From NCBI GenBank assembly GCA_949879855.1, contig CATLBX010000001.1:82-64081 (forward strand): a stretch of 64,000 nt of DNA, written 5' to 3'. The notes below the pieces were generated by a model. It worked only from the letters and a program-made list of their open reading frames with translations, did no database searches and was not told where the DNA came from. The DNA is from an uncultured Coriobacteriia bacterium (GTDB taxonomy: Bacteria; Actinomycetota; Coriobacteriia; Coriobacteriales; QAMH01). Numbering within the stretch: the stretch's first letter is position 1; each line of letters starts with the position of its first letter. Made by a program: the position numbers and the translations under genes. This document shows positions 51,526 through 60,435 of the stretch, piece after piece.

Positions 51526-53274
51526 CTACTCGATGCCGTACCAGCCGATGCCTTCGTCATGCCAGCCCGCGCCGAGCACGTTGTCTCGCTCGACCTCGCT
51601 GGTCGTGTAGTTGTGGTTGTTCGCGTAGGCGTTGGGGTTGTACTGGCGGTACAGCGGCGTGCGGCCGCCGGAATACCAGCCGATGCCCTCGTCGTTCCAG
51701 CCCACGCTGATCAGATGATCGCGCTCGACCGTGGAGAGCGTGTAGTGATGCTCGCCGCCGTACGAGTTGTAGAGACGATAGACCGGATCGCCTTCGGACG
51801 GGGCAATCCAACCCACGTCCTCGTTGTTCCAGCCGATGCTGATCAGGTAGGCGCGCTCGTACTCGCTAGCCGTGTAGAAGTGCTCGCCGCTATTGGGGTT
51901 GTACAGACGGTACATGACGACGGGCGTTCCCTTGGGATCCGAGGGCTGCGGCCCCTTGTTGCCGCCATCCCCCGAGCCTCCCGTGCTCGGCACGATCTTG
52001 AACGAGGTCGAGAGCGCTCCCGTGTAGGTTCCGATACCGGTGACCTTGACCGTCGCGGTGCCCTCGTTGACGTTGTTGGTGTAGACGACCTCGTAGTCCT
52101 TGCCCTGAGTGAGGACCCTGTCATAGTACTTGACCGTGGGCTTGGGCTTGATTTCCGAGCCGGTGTACTCGTACTCGGTCTGGGGCAGCGTGACCGAGGT
52201 AATCTCGTCGCTCAGGCCGAAAAAGCTCACCTGGTAGTCCACGGGGTTGGGGATGCCCGTGACGGACACGCGATAGTAGTCGTTCGTGCCGCTGCCGACG
52301 CCGATGGTGAGGTCCTTGGGGCGGAAGATGACGCAACCCTTCTGGCCGTAGCTGTCGTTGTTGACATAGAAATCGCCGTCGGAGCCCGCCTGCGAGAAGT
52401 TCCAGGTCTTGTTGTCGGAGTTGCGCGTGAGCGTGACCTTCACCTGCGCTGCGTCGAGCTGGGCATTCGTGGAGAGCGACCAGGCGTCATTGGAGCCGAA
52501 GAGCTCCATGGGCGTGTTCTCGGCCGGCCATGCAACGTTGTTCTGGGGCGCACGCGAGTTACTGTCGTTGTTCGTGTACATGGCGACGTGACCCTTGAAG
52601 CCGCCCTTGGCAGCCGCATCGTCCACGACACCGAAACCGGTCCTGCCCATGTAGGGATTCAGGAGCATGCGACGATGGCTCAGGGTGGAGATGTTGGGCT
52701 CGTCGGAGTCGTCAAGCCATGCGAGAAGCGCCGCGTTGATGTTGCCCGGCTGGGCCGATGCGTAGAGATTGCTGTTGTGCGCACCTTCGAGCGCCTGGTT
52801 GTAGAGGTCCACGCTCATGCCGGCGGGTTGCGTGGGGTACTTGTTGACCGACCCGTTGGCGGCATTGACGAGCGCGGCGGCCTGGGCTTCGGCCGAATAG
52901 TTGTCGTCGATGACGACGTGCTCGTCGAGACCCGCGACATAGCGAATGAAGTTGAGGGTGGTGAGGGCCTGCTCCAGCGAGACCTGGTTCACCTTTCCCG
53001 GCTCGTAGGGATTCGTGGTCTGGGGAGCGGTGTCGAACTTGGGGGCCTGCTTGAGGTCGATGTTGTGGGTGCGATAGTAGTTCTTGATGTCACGCTCGCT
53101 ACGATACGTGACATTGGGGGACCCTTGGCCCTGCGCGACGAGGGCGGCATCCTCCGTTCCCTGCTCCTGCGGTGCCGCAAGGGCGGCGACGGGCAGGAGG
53201 CTTGTCACGAAGGCAAGCGCGCACACGCACGCGATGATTTTTTTCAGAAACGAGGTCTTTGGTTGTGCGGACAT
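51526..53274 (-). CDS. Secreted CAP/SCP(PR-1)-like domain protein + Ig-like repeat + wall-binding repeats
   Basis: SHRRMLLNPYMGRTGFG CAP-type motif. One Y.G..IKPKP...GKDY..VYTNNVN.GTATV.VTG.G.Y.G module. Confidence 0.7.
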   Translation of the reverse strand: MSAQPKTSFLKKIIACVCALAFVTSLLPVAALAAPQEQGTEDAALVAQGQGSPNVTYRSERDIKNYYRTHNIDLKQAPKFDTAPQTTNPYEPGKVNQVSLEQALTTLNFIRYVAGLDEHVVIDDNYSAEAQAAALVNAANGSVNKYPTQPAGMSVDLYNQALEGAHNSNLYASAQPGNINAALLAWLDDSDEPNISTLSHRRMLLNPYMGRTGFGVVDDAAAKGGFKGHVAMYTNNDSNSRAPQNNVAWPAENTPMELFGSNDAWSLSTNAQLDAAQVKVTLTRNSDNKTWNFSQAGSDGDFYVNNDSYGQKGCVIFRPKDLTIGVGSGTNDYYRVSVTGIPNPVDYQVSFFGLSDEITSVTLPQTEYEYTGSEIKPKPTVKYYDRVLTQGKDYEVVYTNNVNEGTATVKVTGIGTYTGALSTSFKIVPSTGGSGDGGNKGPQPSDPKGTPVVMYRLYNPNSGEHFYTASEYERAYLISIGWNNEDVGWIAPSEGDPVYRLYNSYGGEHHYTLSTVERDHLISVGWNDEGIGWYSGGRTPLYRQYNPNAYANNHNYTTSEVERDNVLGAGWHDEGIGWYGIE

Positions 53275-53456
53275 CTCAGGTTCCTTTCAAACCGGCACGC
53301 GGAGCCTGTTCCAATATCTTTGGAGCATTATACGGACTGGGTGTGACACTCCAAGACAACTCGCCGAAATGACAACTAAATCGGGGTGCGGTACGCAACC
53401 GTTTCCATGGCTTCACAAGCCCTCGACAACTTGCGACTCACCGCACCCGGTCCGCG

Positions 53457-53577
53457 CTGTCATTTCGACTGGAGGCACCGTGATTGCCGCCCCCCGTCAT
53501 TTCGACCGGACGCCGTGGGGCCGTCCCCACTGTCATTTCGACCGGAGGCGCGTAGCGCCGAAGTGGAGAAATCTCCG
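53457..53577 (+). repeat. Intergenic repeat cluster, type B (three tandem GTCATTTCGAC heads; last copy complete: TGTCATTTCGACCGGAGGCGCGTAGCGCCGAAGTGGAGAAATCTCC)
   Basis: Heads at 53459, 53496 and 53532. Confidence 0.85.
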
Positions 53578-53594
53578 CCGCTACAGACCGGACG

Positions 53595-54728
53595 TTACTT
53601 TGCCTTCCAGCGGGCATACAGCTCGTAGGTGCCGCCACCAGGCGCAAGGTTGCGCACGGTCGCCTTGTCAGCGTAGACCACGGCGCCTGTCGGGCTCGTG
53701 GCCCAGCCGTCGAATTCGTAGCCATCGCGCTTGAACAGGCACCGGGGCAGGTCATAGGTCGTGTCGTGGTAGTAGTTCAGCACGTTCATGGTGCCGGAGC
53801 CGCCGTTCGCATAGAAGGCGACGCGATAGTTCGTCTTCGGGGGGTTGGAACTTGACACCTCCCACAGCGCATAGAGCGTGACGTCGTTGTTGATGGGCGT
53901 CGAGGACGTGTACTGGAACCCTCCCGTCGATCCCGAGAACCACCCGACGAATTCGTATCCCGAGCGCGAAGCCACGGGGTAGTTGCCGATGGAGCTGCCC
54001 TTGGTCACCGTCAGTCTCGTCGTTCCGTTTAGACCGCCACCGTTGGCGTCGAGGGTGACGGTGCATGTCTTGGAGTCGGGGTTCGGTGCCGGATTGGGGT
54101 TGTCTGGCGTAGGGGTCGTGCCGCCCGGTGTCGAGCCAGGGTTATCCGGCGTCGGATCGGAAGGATTGGAGGGGTTCGCCGGAGCGCTGGGGTTCACCCC
54201 GTACCAGCTAATGCCCTCGTCGCGCCAGCCCAGCCCCAACAGGTGGTCGCGCTCGACGGCGCTCGTGGTGTAGTGGTGGTTGTTGGCGTACTCGTTGGGG
54301 TTGTAGACGCGGAACAGCGGCACGCCCTGGCCGGGGTCGGAGTACCACCCTATGCCCTCGTCGTTCCATCCCACGCCCACGAGCATGTCGCGCTCGGCGG
54401 CCGACAGCGTGTAGTGGTGCTCGCCGGCAATCGAATTGTAGAGACGGTAGACCGCGTCGCCGGAGGTGGGCGCCTTCCACCCCTCGTTCTCGTACTGCCA
54501 GCCGCGACCCACCAGGTCGTTCTTCTCGACCTCGCTGGACGTGTAGAAGTGCTCGCCCGAATTGGGATTGTAGAGGCGATGCATGACCTCGGATGACGGC
54601 GCCGCAAACGCATGGTTGCCAGCCCCCAGGACGATGGCGGAACCCAGGACCGCAACCACCGCGGCGAACATCAGCGCGCGCACGAAGCCGAGAAATGCCG
54701 AATGGTCGTTCCTTTTCACCTGTGTCAT
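53595..54728 (-). CDS. Secreted protein: wall-binding repeats + two InlB-B-repeat (Listeria-Bacteroides repeat) domains
   Basis: VTLDANGG...GYEFVGWF and V.FYANGG...GYEFDGWA motifs. Signal peptide. Confidence 0.75.
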   Translation of the reverse strand: MTQVKRNDHSAFLGFVRALMFAAVVAVLGSAIVLGAGNHAFAAPSSEVMHRLYNPNSGEHFYTSSEVEKNDLVGRGWQYENEGWKAPTSGDAVYRLYNSIAGEHHYTLSAAERDMLVGVGWNDEGIGWYSDPGQGVPLFRVYNPNEYANNHHYTTSAVERDHLLGLGWRDEGISWYGVNPSAPANPSNPSDPTPDNPGSTPGGTTPTPDNPNPAPNPDSKTCTVTLDANGGGLNGTTRLTVTKGSSIGNYPVASRSGYEFVGWFSGSTGGFQYTSSTPINNDVTLYALWEVSSSNPPKTNYRVAFYANGGSGTMNVLNYYHDTTYDLPRCLFKRDGYEFDGWATSPTGAVVYADKATVRNLAPGGGTYELYARWKAK

Positions 54729-54772
54729 GTCCTACCTTCCTTGCCGTCCGTTCCCCATGCCATCACGTCTTC

Positions 54773-54810
54773 CCCCGTCATTTCGACCGGAGGCACGTAG
54801 CGCCGGGCCA
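54773..54810 (+). repeat. Intergenic repeat, type B partial copy (CCCCCGTCATTTCGACCGGAGGCACGTAGCGCCGGGCC)
   Basis: Read directly. Confidence 0.8.
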
Positions 54811-54812
54811 GC

Positions 54813-56945
54813 TTACCTACACGATGTTCCCGGCTCGGCAGTTCCATCGTAGATGTACTTGGTCGTGGGAACCACCGACGTGCTACCGTCAATCTTTCCT
54901 GCTTTGACCATCGCATCCACCTGGGCACGCGTGAGCTTCAGGGAAGCGGAAATCTTGTCAGCGTCCCTTGGGTCATACCAGTAGTTTCCAGTGTAATAGT
55001 AAAACGCCTGCCAATAATCTCCATCGCTTTCATACCGATAGGTGACACTCGTCGTATGCGCCGTGCCAAAGCGATCGGTATAGGTAACTCCATGGAGAAT
55101 GATGTCGGCGGTGGGGTGGTCCGAGAACTTCGCGTCAGGCTGATATCTCTCGAGGCTGTTTACGTATCTGCCATCCACCCACGCATCGGATGCATAGTCG
55201 ACAGTGCCATCACACGCATAGGTGGCATAACCTATGGTCCTGCCACCCCCAAAATAGCCTTCGTAGGCAATATTGATCCACGCGCCATCGCCCACGACCT
55301 TGGCCACGCTTTCGTGGGAGAGTTTTGCGAGCGCGCTATTGGCAAACTCATCCGATTTCGCCGCATATTCGAGGCGCTTGGCCCTAAGGGTATCGAGGGA
55401 CAGGTTGGTTCCGTAGCCTCTGTCCGTGCCGTCAAACTTGAAGGTCTTGCTCACGAATTTCGTATAAATAGGATACGTCGACCCTGCGCCCGCTCCACCA
55501 TAGGCTTTCGTCACACCGTTATAGGTCACATTTGAATAGGCGTGGGTGGGTCCGGCTGAGACCTCGCAATTAGGCTGAAGTCGCTTGGCGACAGACCCCA
55601 TCATGCCGGGGACGCCAAGCGAGTCGAGCACAAATCCGTAGCAATCGCTGATAAGGAGTGCGTTGCCCTTTTCGTACATGTTCTCGATGTGCTTGTTCAG
55701 GCCCAGTTCGGGATAGGGTGAGGAAGCAAGGGACGGGTATCCAGACGCATTTGGCTTGCCCGTATCGAGCACTCTCTTGGGATACAGCGCAATCGAGTTC
55801 AATCCGTCCTGTACGGCATCGAGCTTGTCAAAGAAGCCGGATTTGTCGGAGGCATACGTGCGCAAGAGATAGTCAGGCCTATCTTCAAGAGCGGGACAGC
55901 TTACCGTAAGGCCCGTATCGTAATTCGTACCATCGCTATAGCTGGACCCATAGTCGGTTTCCGTATAGCTGTAGCCGATGTTCGCCTTAAGCTCGAGTGT
56001 CCCGCCATCGGTATCGCACCCCGCGTTGTAGAACAGGTATCCCTTGTTGGCGATGCGGCGTGTCCCGTCGTTGGTGTAGACCACGTCGGCATATGACCAG
56101 GGAACAGGCTTGATGAGCGCTGTTTCGTCATCTTCCAGATACTTGCTGCTTGAGTCCACGAACTGGAAGCTGTAGGGGTCGGGATTGTCGGTCTCGACGA
56201 AGAAGATGTTGTTGAGCTTACCGTTGACGGGCTTGACGACATAGGAATATTGCTTGACCTTCGCAACCACCTTTTCGGATTCCGAGGGCGTCGGCGTGGG
56301 ACCGGGGTCCGGCGTCGGCGTGGGACCGGGGTCCGGCGTCGGAGTTGGGTCCGGCGTGGGATCTGGTGTGGGGACAGGTGTAGGGTCCGGCACTGGTTTC
56401 GGGTCGGGAGTGACCGCAACTTCGGTATTCACGCCGTACCAGGCAATGCCCTCGTCATTCCAGCCGACACCGATAAGGTAGTCACGCTCCACCGCGCTCG
56501 TGGTGTAGTTATGCGAACCGGCGACGGCATTGGGGTTGTATTGACGGTGCAGTGCGACACCTTGGGCATCATCGGAATACCAGCCAATACCCTCGTCATT
56601 CCAACCCACGCCAATGAGATGATTTCGCTCCACCTCGCTTGTCGTGTAGTGATGATCGCCGGCGTTGGCATTATAAAGACGAAAAACGGGCGTATTTGAG
56701 GTTTCCGGAGCAGTCCAGCCTACGCCCTCATAATTCCAGCCAACCGATACGAGGTGGTCGCGTTCGAAAGTCGAGGCCGTATAGAAATGCTCTCCGCTGT
56801 TCGGGTTGTAGAGGCGTTGCATTTCGATGTTCGCAGCCGCATGCGCCTGTGGAATCGCACTCGACCACGCAAACATCGGCATAAACGCAATAGCCAGCAT
56901 CACCGCCAGCGCGCTATGTGCAAATCGTTTGGTTGCCATCGCCAT
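54813..56945 (-). CDS. Secreted protein: N-terminal wall-binding repeats, Pro/Thr linker, ~470-aa C-terminal domain of unknown function
   Basis: Signal peptide from MAMATKRF.. and a PDPTPDPTPTPDPGPTPTPDPGPTPTP linker. Confidence 0.7.
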   Translation of the reverse strand: MAMATKRFAHSALAVMLAIAFMPMFAWSSAIPQAHAAANIEMQRLYNPNSGEHFYTASTFERDHLVSVGWNYEGVGWTAPETSNTPVFRLYNANAGDHHYTTSEVERNHLIGVGWNDEGIGWYSDDAQGVALHRQYNPNAVAGSHNYTTSAVERDYLIGVGWNDEGIAWYGVNTEVAVTPDPKPVPDPTPVPTPDPTPDPTPTPDPGPTPTPDPGPTPTPSESEKVVAKVKQYSYVVKPVNGKLNNIFFVETDNPDPYSFQFVDSSSKYLEDDETALIKPVPWSYADVVYTNDGTRRIANKGYLFYNAGCDTDGGTLELKANIGYSYTETDYGSSYSDGTNYDTGLTVSCPALEDRPDYLLRTYASDKSGFFDKLDAVQDGLNSIALYPKRVLDTGKPNASGYPSLASSPYPELGLNKHIENMYEKGNALLISDCYGFVLDSLGVPGMMGSVAKRLQPNCEVSAGPTHAYSNVTYNGVTKAYGGAGAGSTYPIYTKFVSKTFKFDGTDRGYGTNLSLDTLRAKRLEYAAKSDEFANSALAKLSHESVAKVVGDGAWINIAYEGYFGGGRTIGYATYACDGTVDYASDAWVDGRYVNSLERYQPDAKFSDHPTADIILHGVTYTDRFGTAHTTSVTYRYESDGDYWQAFYYYTGNYWYDPRDADKISASLKLTRAQVDAMVKAGKIDGSTSVVPTTKYIYDGTAEPGTSCR

Positions 56946-57106
56946 CGTCAGCTTCCCTTCTCGAAGCTCCCGCCATTTCGTTCGCCGCATGCGAAATGGT
57001 TATTTTACTTCGCTCAGCTCCCGGTTGAGACCCTCATAACCCAAGCTAACGGACGCATGGAGGCGTCTGGCTCCCTAATGGAAGGCGAGCCTCTATGGAG
57101 ACCGCG

Positions 57107-57517
57107 CTAGTCGAAGGGGACCTCTGCCCACTGCTCCACGGAAAGCCCGGGGATGCGTTGGAACTCCGACACGTTGTTGGTGACTACCGTTGCCCCGTAT
57201 GCCATGGCGCAAGCCGCGATGATGTAGTCGTTGGCCCCAATCCCCATGCCGCGTTCCTCAAGGTAGGCACGTAGGCGGGCATAGTGCAGAGCGCACCGGT
57301 CATCGAAGGCGAGCGTTTCGAACGGCAAGAGAAGCAGTTCCACCTTGAGGCGATTCTTGCCCGGATCGCTCGACTTTTCGACACCAAGTAGCAGCTCGGC
57401 CCTGACTATTGAGGGAATCTTGAAGACACCCGCGTCACTGCTCCTGAGCATTCGAAGCGCCTGCTGGTTCTTGCCCCGCAGAAAATCGATGATGACGTTG
57501 GTGTCGATGAGATACAC
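57107..57517 (-). CDS. vapC: PIN-domain toxin VapC
   Basis: MYLIDTNVIID... with conserved acidic residues (D5, E41, D102/N-type). 136 aa. Confidence 0.8.
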   Translation of the reverse strand: MYLIDTNVIIDFLRGKNQQALRMLRSSDAGVFKIPSIVRAELLLGVEKSSDPGKNRLKVELLLLPFETLAFDDRCALHYARLRAYLEERGMGIGANDYIIAACAMAYGATVVTNNVSEFQRIPGLSVEQWAEVPFD

Positions 57518-57526
57518 GGCGCCCTC

Positions 57527-57769
57527 TTAGAATGATAGCGAGGCCACGGGCGCGGGTTCCAGGCTCTCGATTGCGGGAAAGTCCGGGATGCTGCCATACA
57601 AGTCGAAGAAGCCCGGCGGCCAGCCGTTCTCCCAGTCTTCCGTAGCGTGGGAATTGCGCCTCTCGAGCACTTCGCGCGCGTAGGAGGAGATTGACATGCC
57701 CCGCGCGGCTGCGTCGGCACGTAGGCCCTCCATGGTGGCCTCGTCCATGTAAAGCGATAGCTGGGCCAT
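57527..57769 (-). CDS. vapB: VapB-type (RHH-like) antitoxin (80 aa)
   Basis: MAQLSLYMDEATMEGLRADAAARGMSISSYAREVLE. Lies 10 nt upstream of vapC. Confidence 0.7.
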   Translation of the reverse strand: MAQLSLYMDEATMEGLRADAAARGMSISSYAREVLERRNSHATEDWENGWPPGFFDLYGSIPDFPAIESLEPAPVASLSF

Positions 57770-57816
57770 GCGAACCGCCTTTCCGCGACACAAGTATACA
57801 AGGCAAGTATACTCTC

Positions 57817-59169
57817 CTACTTCACTCCGTACCAGGCAAGTCCCTCGTCCTTCCAGCCCAGACCCAGCAGGGAGTCATGCTCGCCCTTGTCCGTCGTGTA
57901 GTTGTGGTTGTTGGCGAACTCGTTGGGGTTGTACTCGCGGTAGAGCGGCACACGCTCCTGGTCGTCGGAGTACCACGCCGCACCGTCCTCGTTGTAATCC
58001 TTCGACTCGAACGTCCAGCCAAGCTCCACGAGGGCGTCACGCTCTCCGGCGCTCATCGTGTAGTGGTGCTCACCGGGCAGGTTGGGGTTGTAGAGGCGGT
58101 ACACCGGCGTGCCCGACTTCTTGGGCGCCGTCCAGCCTATGCCCTCGTCATTCCATCCGGCTGCGATGGTAGCGTCGCGCTCGACCTCGCTGGCCGTGTA
58201 GAAGTGCTCGCCGGAGTTGGGATTGTAGAGGCGGTACATGACCTGCGTGGGCTCGTCGGTCACGGTCCACTCGTGCGACAGGCTCCTGCCCGAGGGCAGC
58301 GTCGCGGTGACCGTCGCCTTGCCTTGGCCCCTGGCCGTGACGACGCCCTTGTCATCGACGACGCAGACCTTCACGTCAGAGCTCGTCCACGTGGCGGAAC
58401 GCGGGTCGAGGGTGACGTAGTTGTAGTGCCACCTGTCGTTCGTGACGTCATAGTCCATCTCGAAGGTGCCGCCCACGTCGAGCGTCTTGCCCGTGAGGTC
58501 TTCGTTCTTGTTGAAGGCCTGGTCCTTGCCGCAGATGTCGTACTTGATGCCTATCTTGTGCGAGGCCTCCTTGGTGCCGGTCGTGGTGTCGACGGTAGCC
58601 TCGGCACCGCTCAGCGTCTGCTGCCAGTAGGAAATGCCCTGCGTGAAGCATCCGACGCCGATGGACTTGAAGTCGGGGTTGATGATGTTGAGGTAATGGC
58701 CGACCTTGTTGTAGTCACGCTCGCCCGCCTCGTACATCTCGCGCTCGTTGTAGAACCAGCCCTCCATGACGTCGGCCGCGCTGCTGTAGCCAATCGCGAT
58801 GTTCTCGCCGCGGGCGGTGAAGCCCGTGGGGAAGGCGGTGAAGCAGTCCGAGCCATCGGGACGCGTGTGGCTGTAGAGCACCGAGAGCTCGGCCGCACGC
58901 TGCATGGCGGTCTCGGTGAGCTCGACGTCGAGCTCCAGGGCATCGAGCCCCAGGGCCGTGCGCTCCTTGTTGACGATGTCGAGGATCTTGCGCGCCTCGT
59001 CGTAGTTCTCGGTGCCCGTCACGGTCACAAGCTCTTCGGACGCTTCTTGCTGGGCGGCCTGCGCCTGCGGGACGGCATCCATCCACGCCACGGCCGGCGT
59101 AAAGGCAATGGCCAGAGCAAGGGCCATGACGGCGCTCGCGGCTTTCTTCATAATGGCAGTCACAGTCAT
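57817..59169 (-). CDS. Secreted CAP (YkwD-like) domain + Big_2-like Ig domain + wall-binding repeats
   Basis: ILDIVNKERTALGLDALELD...HYLNIINPDFKSIGVG and TWTSSDVKVCVVDDKGVVTARGQGKATVTA. Confidence 0.75.
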   Translation of the reverse strand: MTVTAIMKKAASAVMALALAIAFTPAVAWMDAVPQAQAAQQEASEELVTVTGTENYDEARKILDIVNKERTALGLDALELDVELTETAMQRAAELSVLYSHTRPDGSDCFTAFPTGFTARGENIAIGYSSAADVMEGWFYNEREMYEAGERDYNKVGHYLNIINPDFKSIGVGCFTQGISYWQQTLSGAEATVDTTTGTKEASHKIGIKYDICGKDQAFNKNEDLTGKTLDVGGTFEMDYDVTNDRWHYNYVTLDPRSATWTSSDVKVCVVDDKGVVTARGQGKATVTATLPSGRSLSHEWTVTDEPTQVMYRLYNPNSGEHFYTASEVERDATIAAGWNDEGIGWTAPKKSGTPVYRLYNPNLPGEHHYTMSAGERDALVELGWTFESKDYNEDGAAWYSDDQERVPLYREYNPNEFANNHNYTTDKGEHDSLLGLGWKDEGLAWYGVK

Positions 59170-59182
59170 CGTTTCCTTTCCT

Positions 59183-60415
59183 CTACCCGATGCCGTACCA
59201 GGCGATACCCTCATTATCCCATCCAATGCTCAGCAGGATGTCGCGCTCGCCGGTCTCCTTGGTGTAGTGATGGTTGTTCGCGTACTCGTTGGGATTGTAG
59301 ACGCGGTACAGGGGCACCCGATGCGCGGGGTCGGAGCGCCAGCCGATGCCCTCGTCATTCCAACCGGCGGCGATGAGGCTATCGCGCTCGACGGTCGACA
59401 GCGTGTAGTGGTGCTCGCCGGCATAGGAGTTGTAGAGGCGGTAGACCGCGTCGCCGTCCTTGGGAGCCGTCCAGCCCGTGCCCTCGTCGTTCCATCCCAC
59501 GGAGATGAGGTGGTCGCGCTCGACCACGCTCGAGGTGTAGAAATGCTCGCCGCTGTTGGGATTGTAGAGGCGGAACATGATCTCGTAGGAATCCGGATCC
59601 GCAACGGGCGTCGTCACCTTGGTGTAGGTGTCGGCAACATTGTTGCGCGTGGAGGCGAGGTCGGCAGCCGGGATGGAGTAGCCGAGCGACGCCGAAAGCC
59701 AGTTACCACCTGGGAGCTCGGTGAGCGCCTTGTCCGTTGCGCCCTTGAAGCTGAAGCCGGCCCCCAGCTTCACCTCCTTGAGGTTGTTGCAGTACTCGAA
59801 CATGCCGCTCATGTTCGACACGCGCGAGGTGTCGAAGCTCGACAGGTCGAGGCTCTTGAGCGAGGAGCATCCGGCGAACATGCCGCCCATGCTCGTGGCG
59901 TGCGCCGTGTCGAATCCCGCAAGGTTGAGGGATTCGAGGGCACGGCAGCTGTTGAACATAGAATCCATGCTGGACACGAACTTGGTGTTGAGGCCCGAAA
60001 GGTCGAGCTGCTTGAGGGCCGTGCAGGAGTAGAACATGTTGGAGAGGTCCACGGCAGTCGAGCTATCAAGCCCGGACAGATCGACGGACGTGAGGTTGGC
60101 GCAACGCGAGAAGATGCCGACGAGGCCGCCGTTGGCGCGCACGCCGGGCTTGACGCTGACCGCCTTGATGGCGTCGCGGTGGGCAAGCCACGGGGCATCG
60201 TCACGGTCGTAATCCTCGAGAAGGCCCGTGTTACCGCTTGCCGGCGCGATGGAAAGCGTGCCGGCGGCATCGATCGTCCACGTGCAGGTGTTGCTCGTGC
60301 CGCTCGCGATGTCCGCCGCCCGTGCCGGCATGGCAAACGCGGGTATGCAGGCGATGGCCAACACGAGGGCCACAAGGGCCGCCGTCAGGTTTCTCGTTAT
60401 CGTCTTCGTGCTCAT
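59183..60415 (-). CDS. BspA-type/DUF285 LRR surface protein + wall-binding repeats (paralog of 49904-51502)
   Basis: Same LRR unit and the same N-terminal ..TWTIDA.GTL.IAP.. region. Confidence 0.8.
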   Translation of the reverse strand: MSTKTITRNLTAALVALVLAIACIPAFAMPARAADIASGTSNTCTWTIDAAGTLSIAPASGNTGLLEDYDRDDAPWLAHRDAIKAVSVKPGVRANGGLVGIFSRCANLTSVDLSGLDSSTAVDLSNMFYSCTALKQLDLSGLNTKFVSSMDSMFNSCRALESLNLAGFDTAHATSMGGMFAGCSSLKSLDLSSFDTSRVSNMSGMFEYCNNLKEVKLGAGFSFKGATDKALTELPGGNWLSASLGYSIPAADLASTRNNVADTYTKVTTPVADPDSYEIMFRLYNPNSGEHFYTSSVVERDHLISVGWNDEGTGWTAPKDGDAVYRLYNSYAGEHHYTLSTVERDSLIAAGWNDEGIGWRSDPAHRVPLYRVYNPNEYANNHHYTKETGERDILLSIGWDNEGIAWYGIG

Positions 60416-60435
60416 CGCGCTTCCTTTCATATGAG

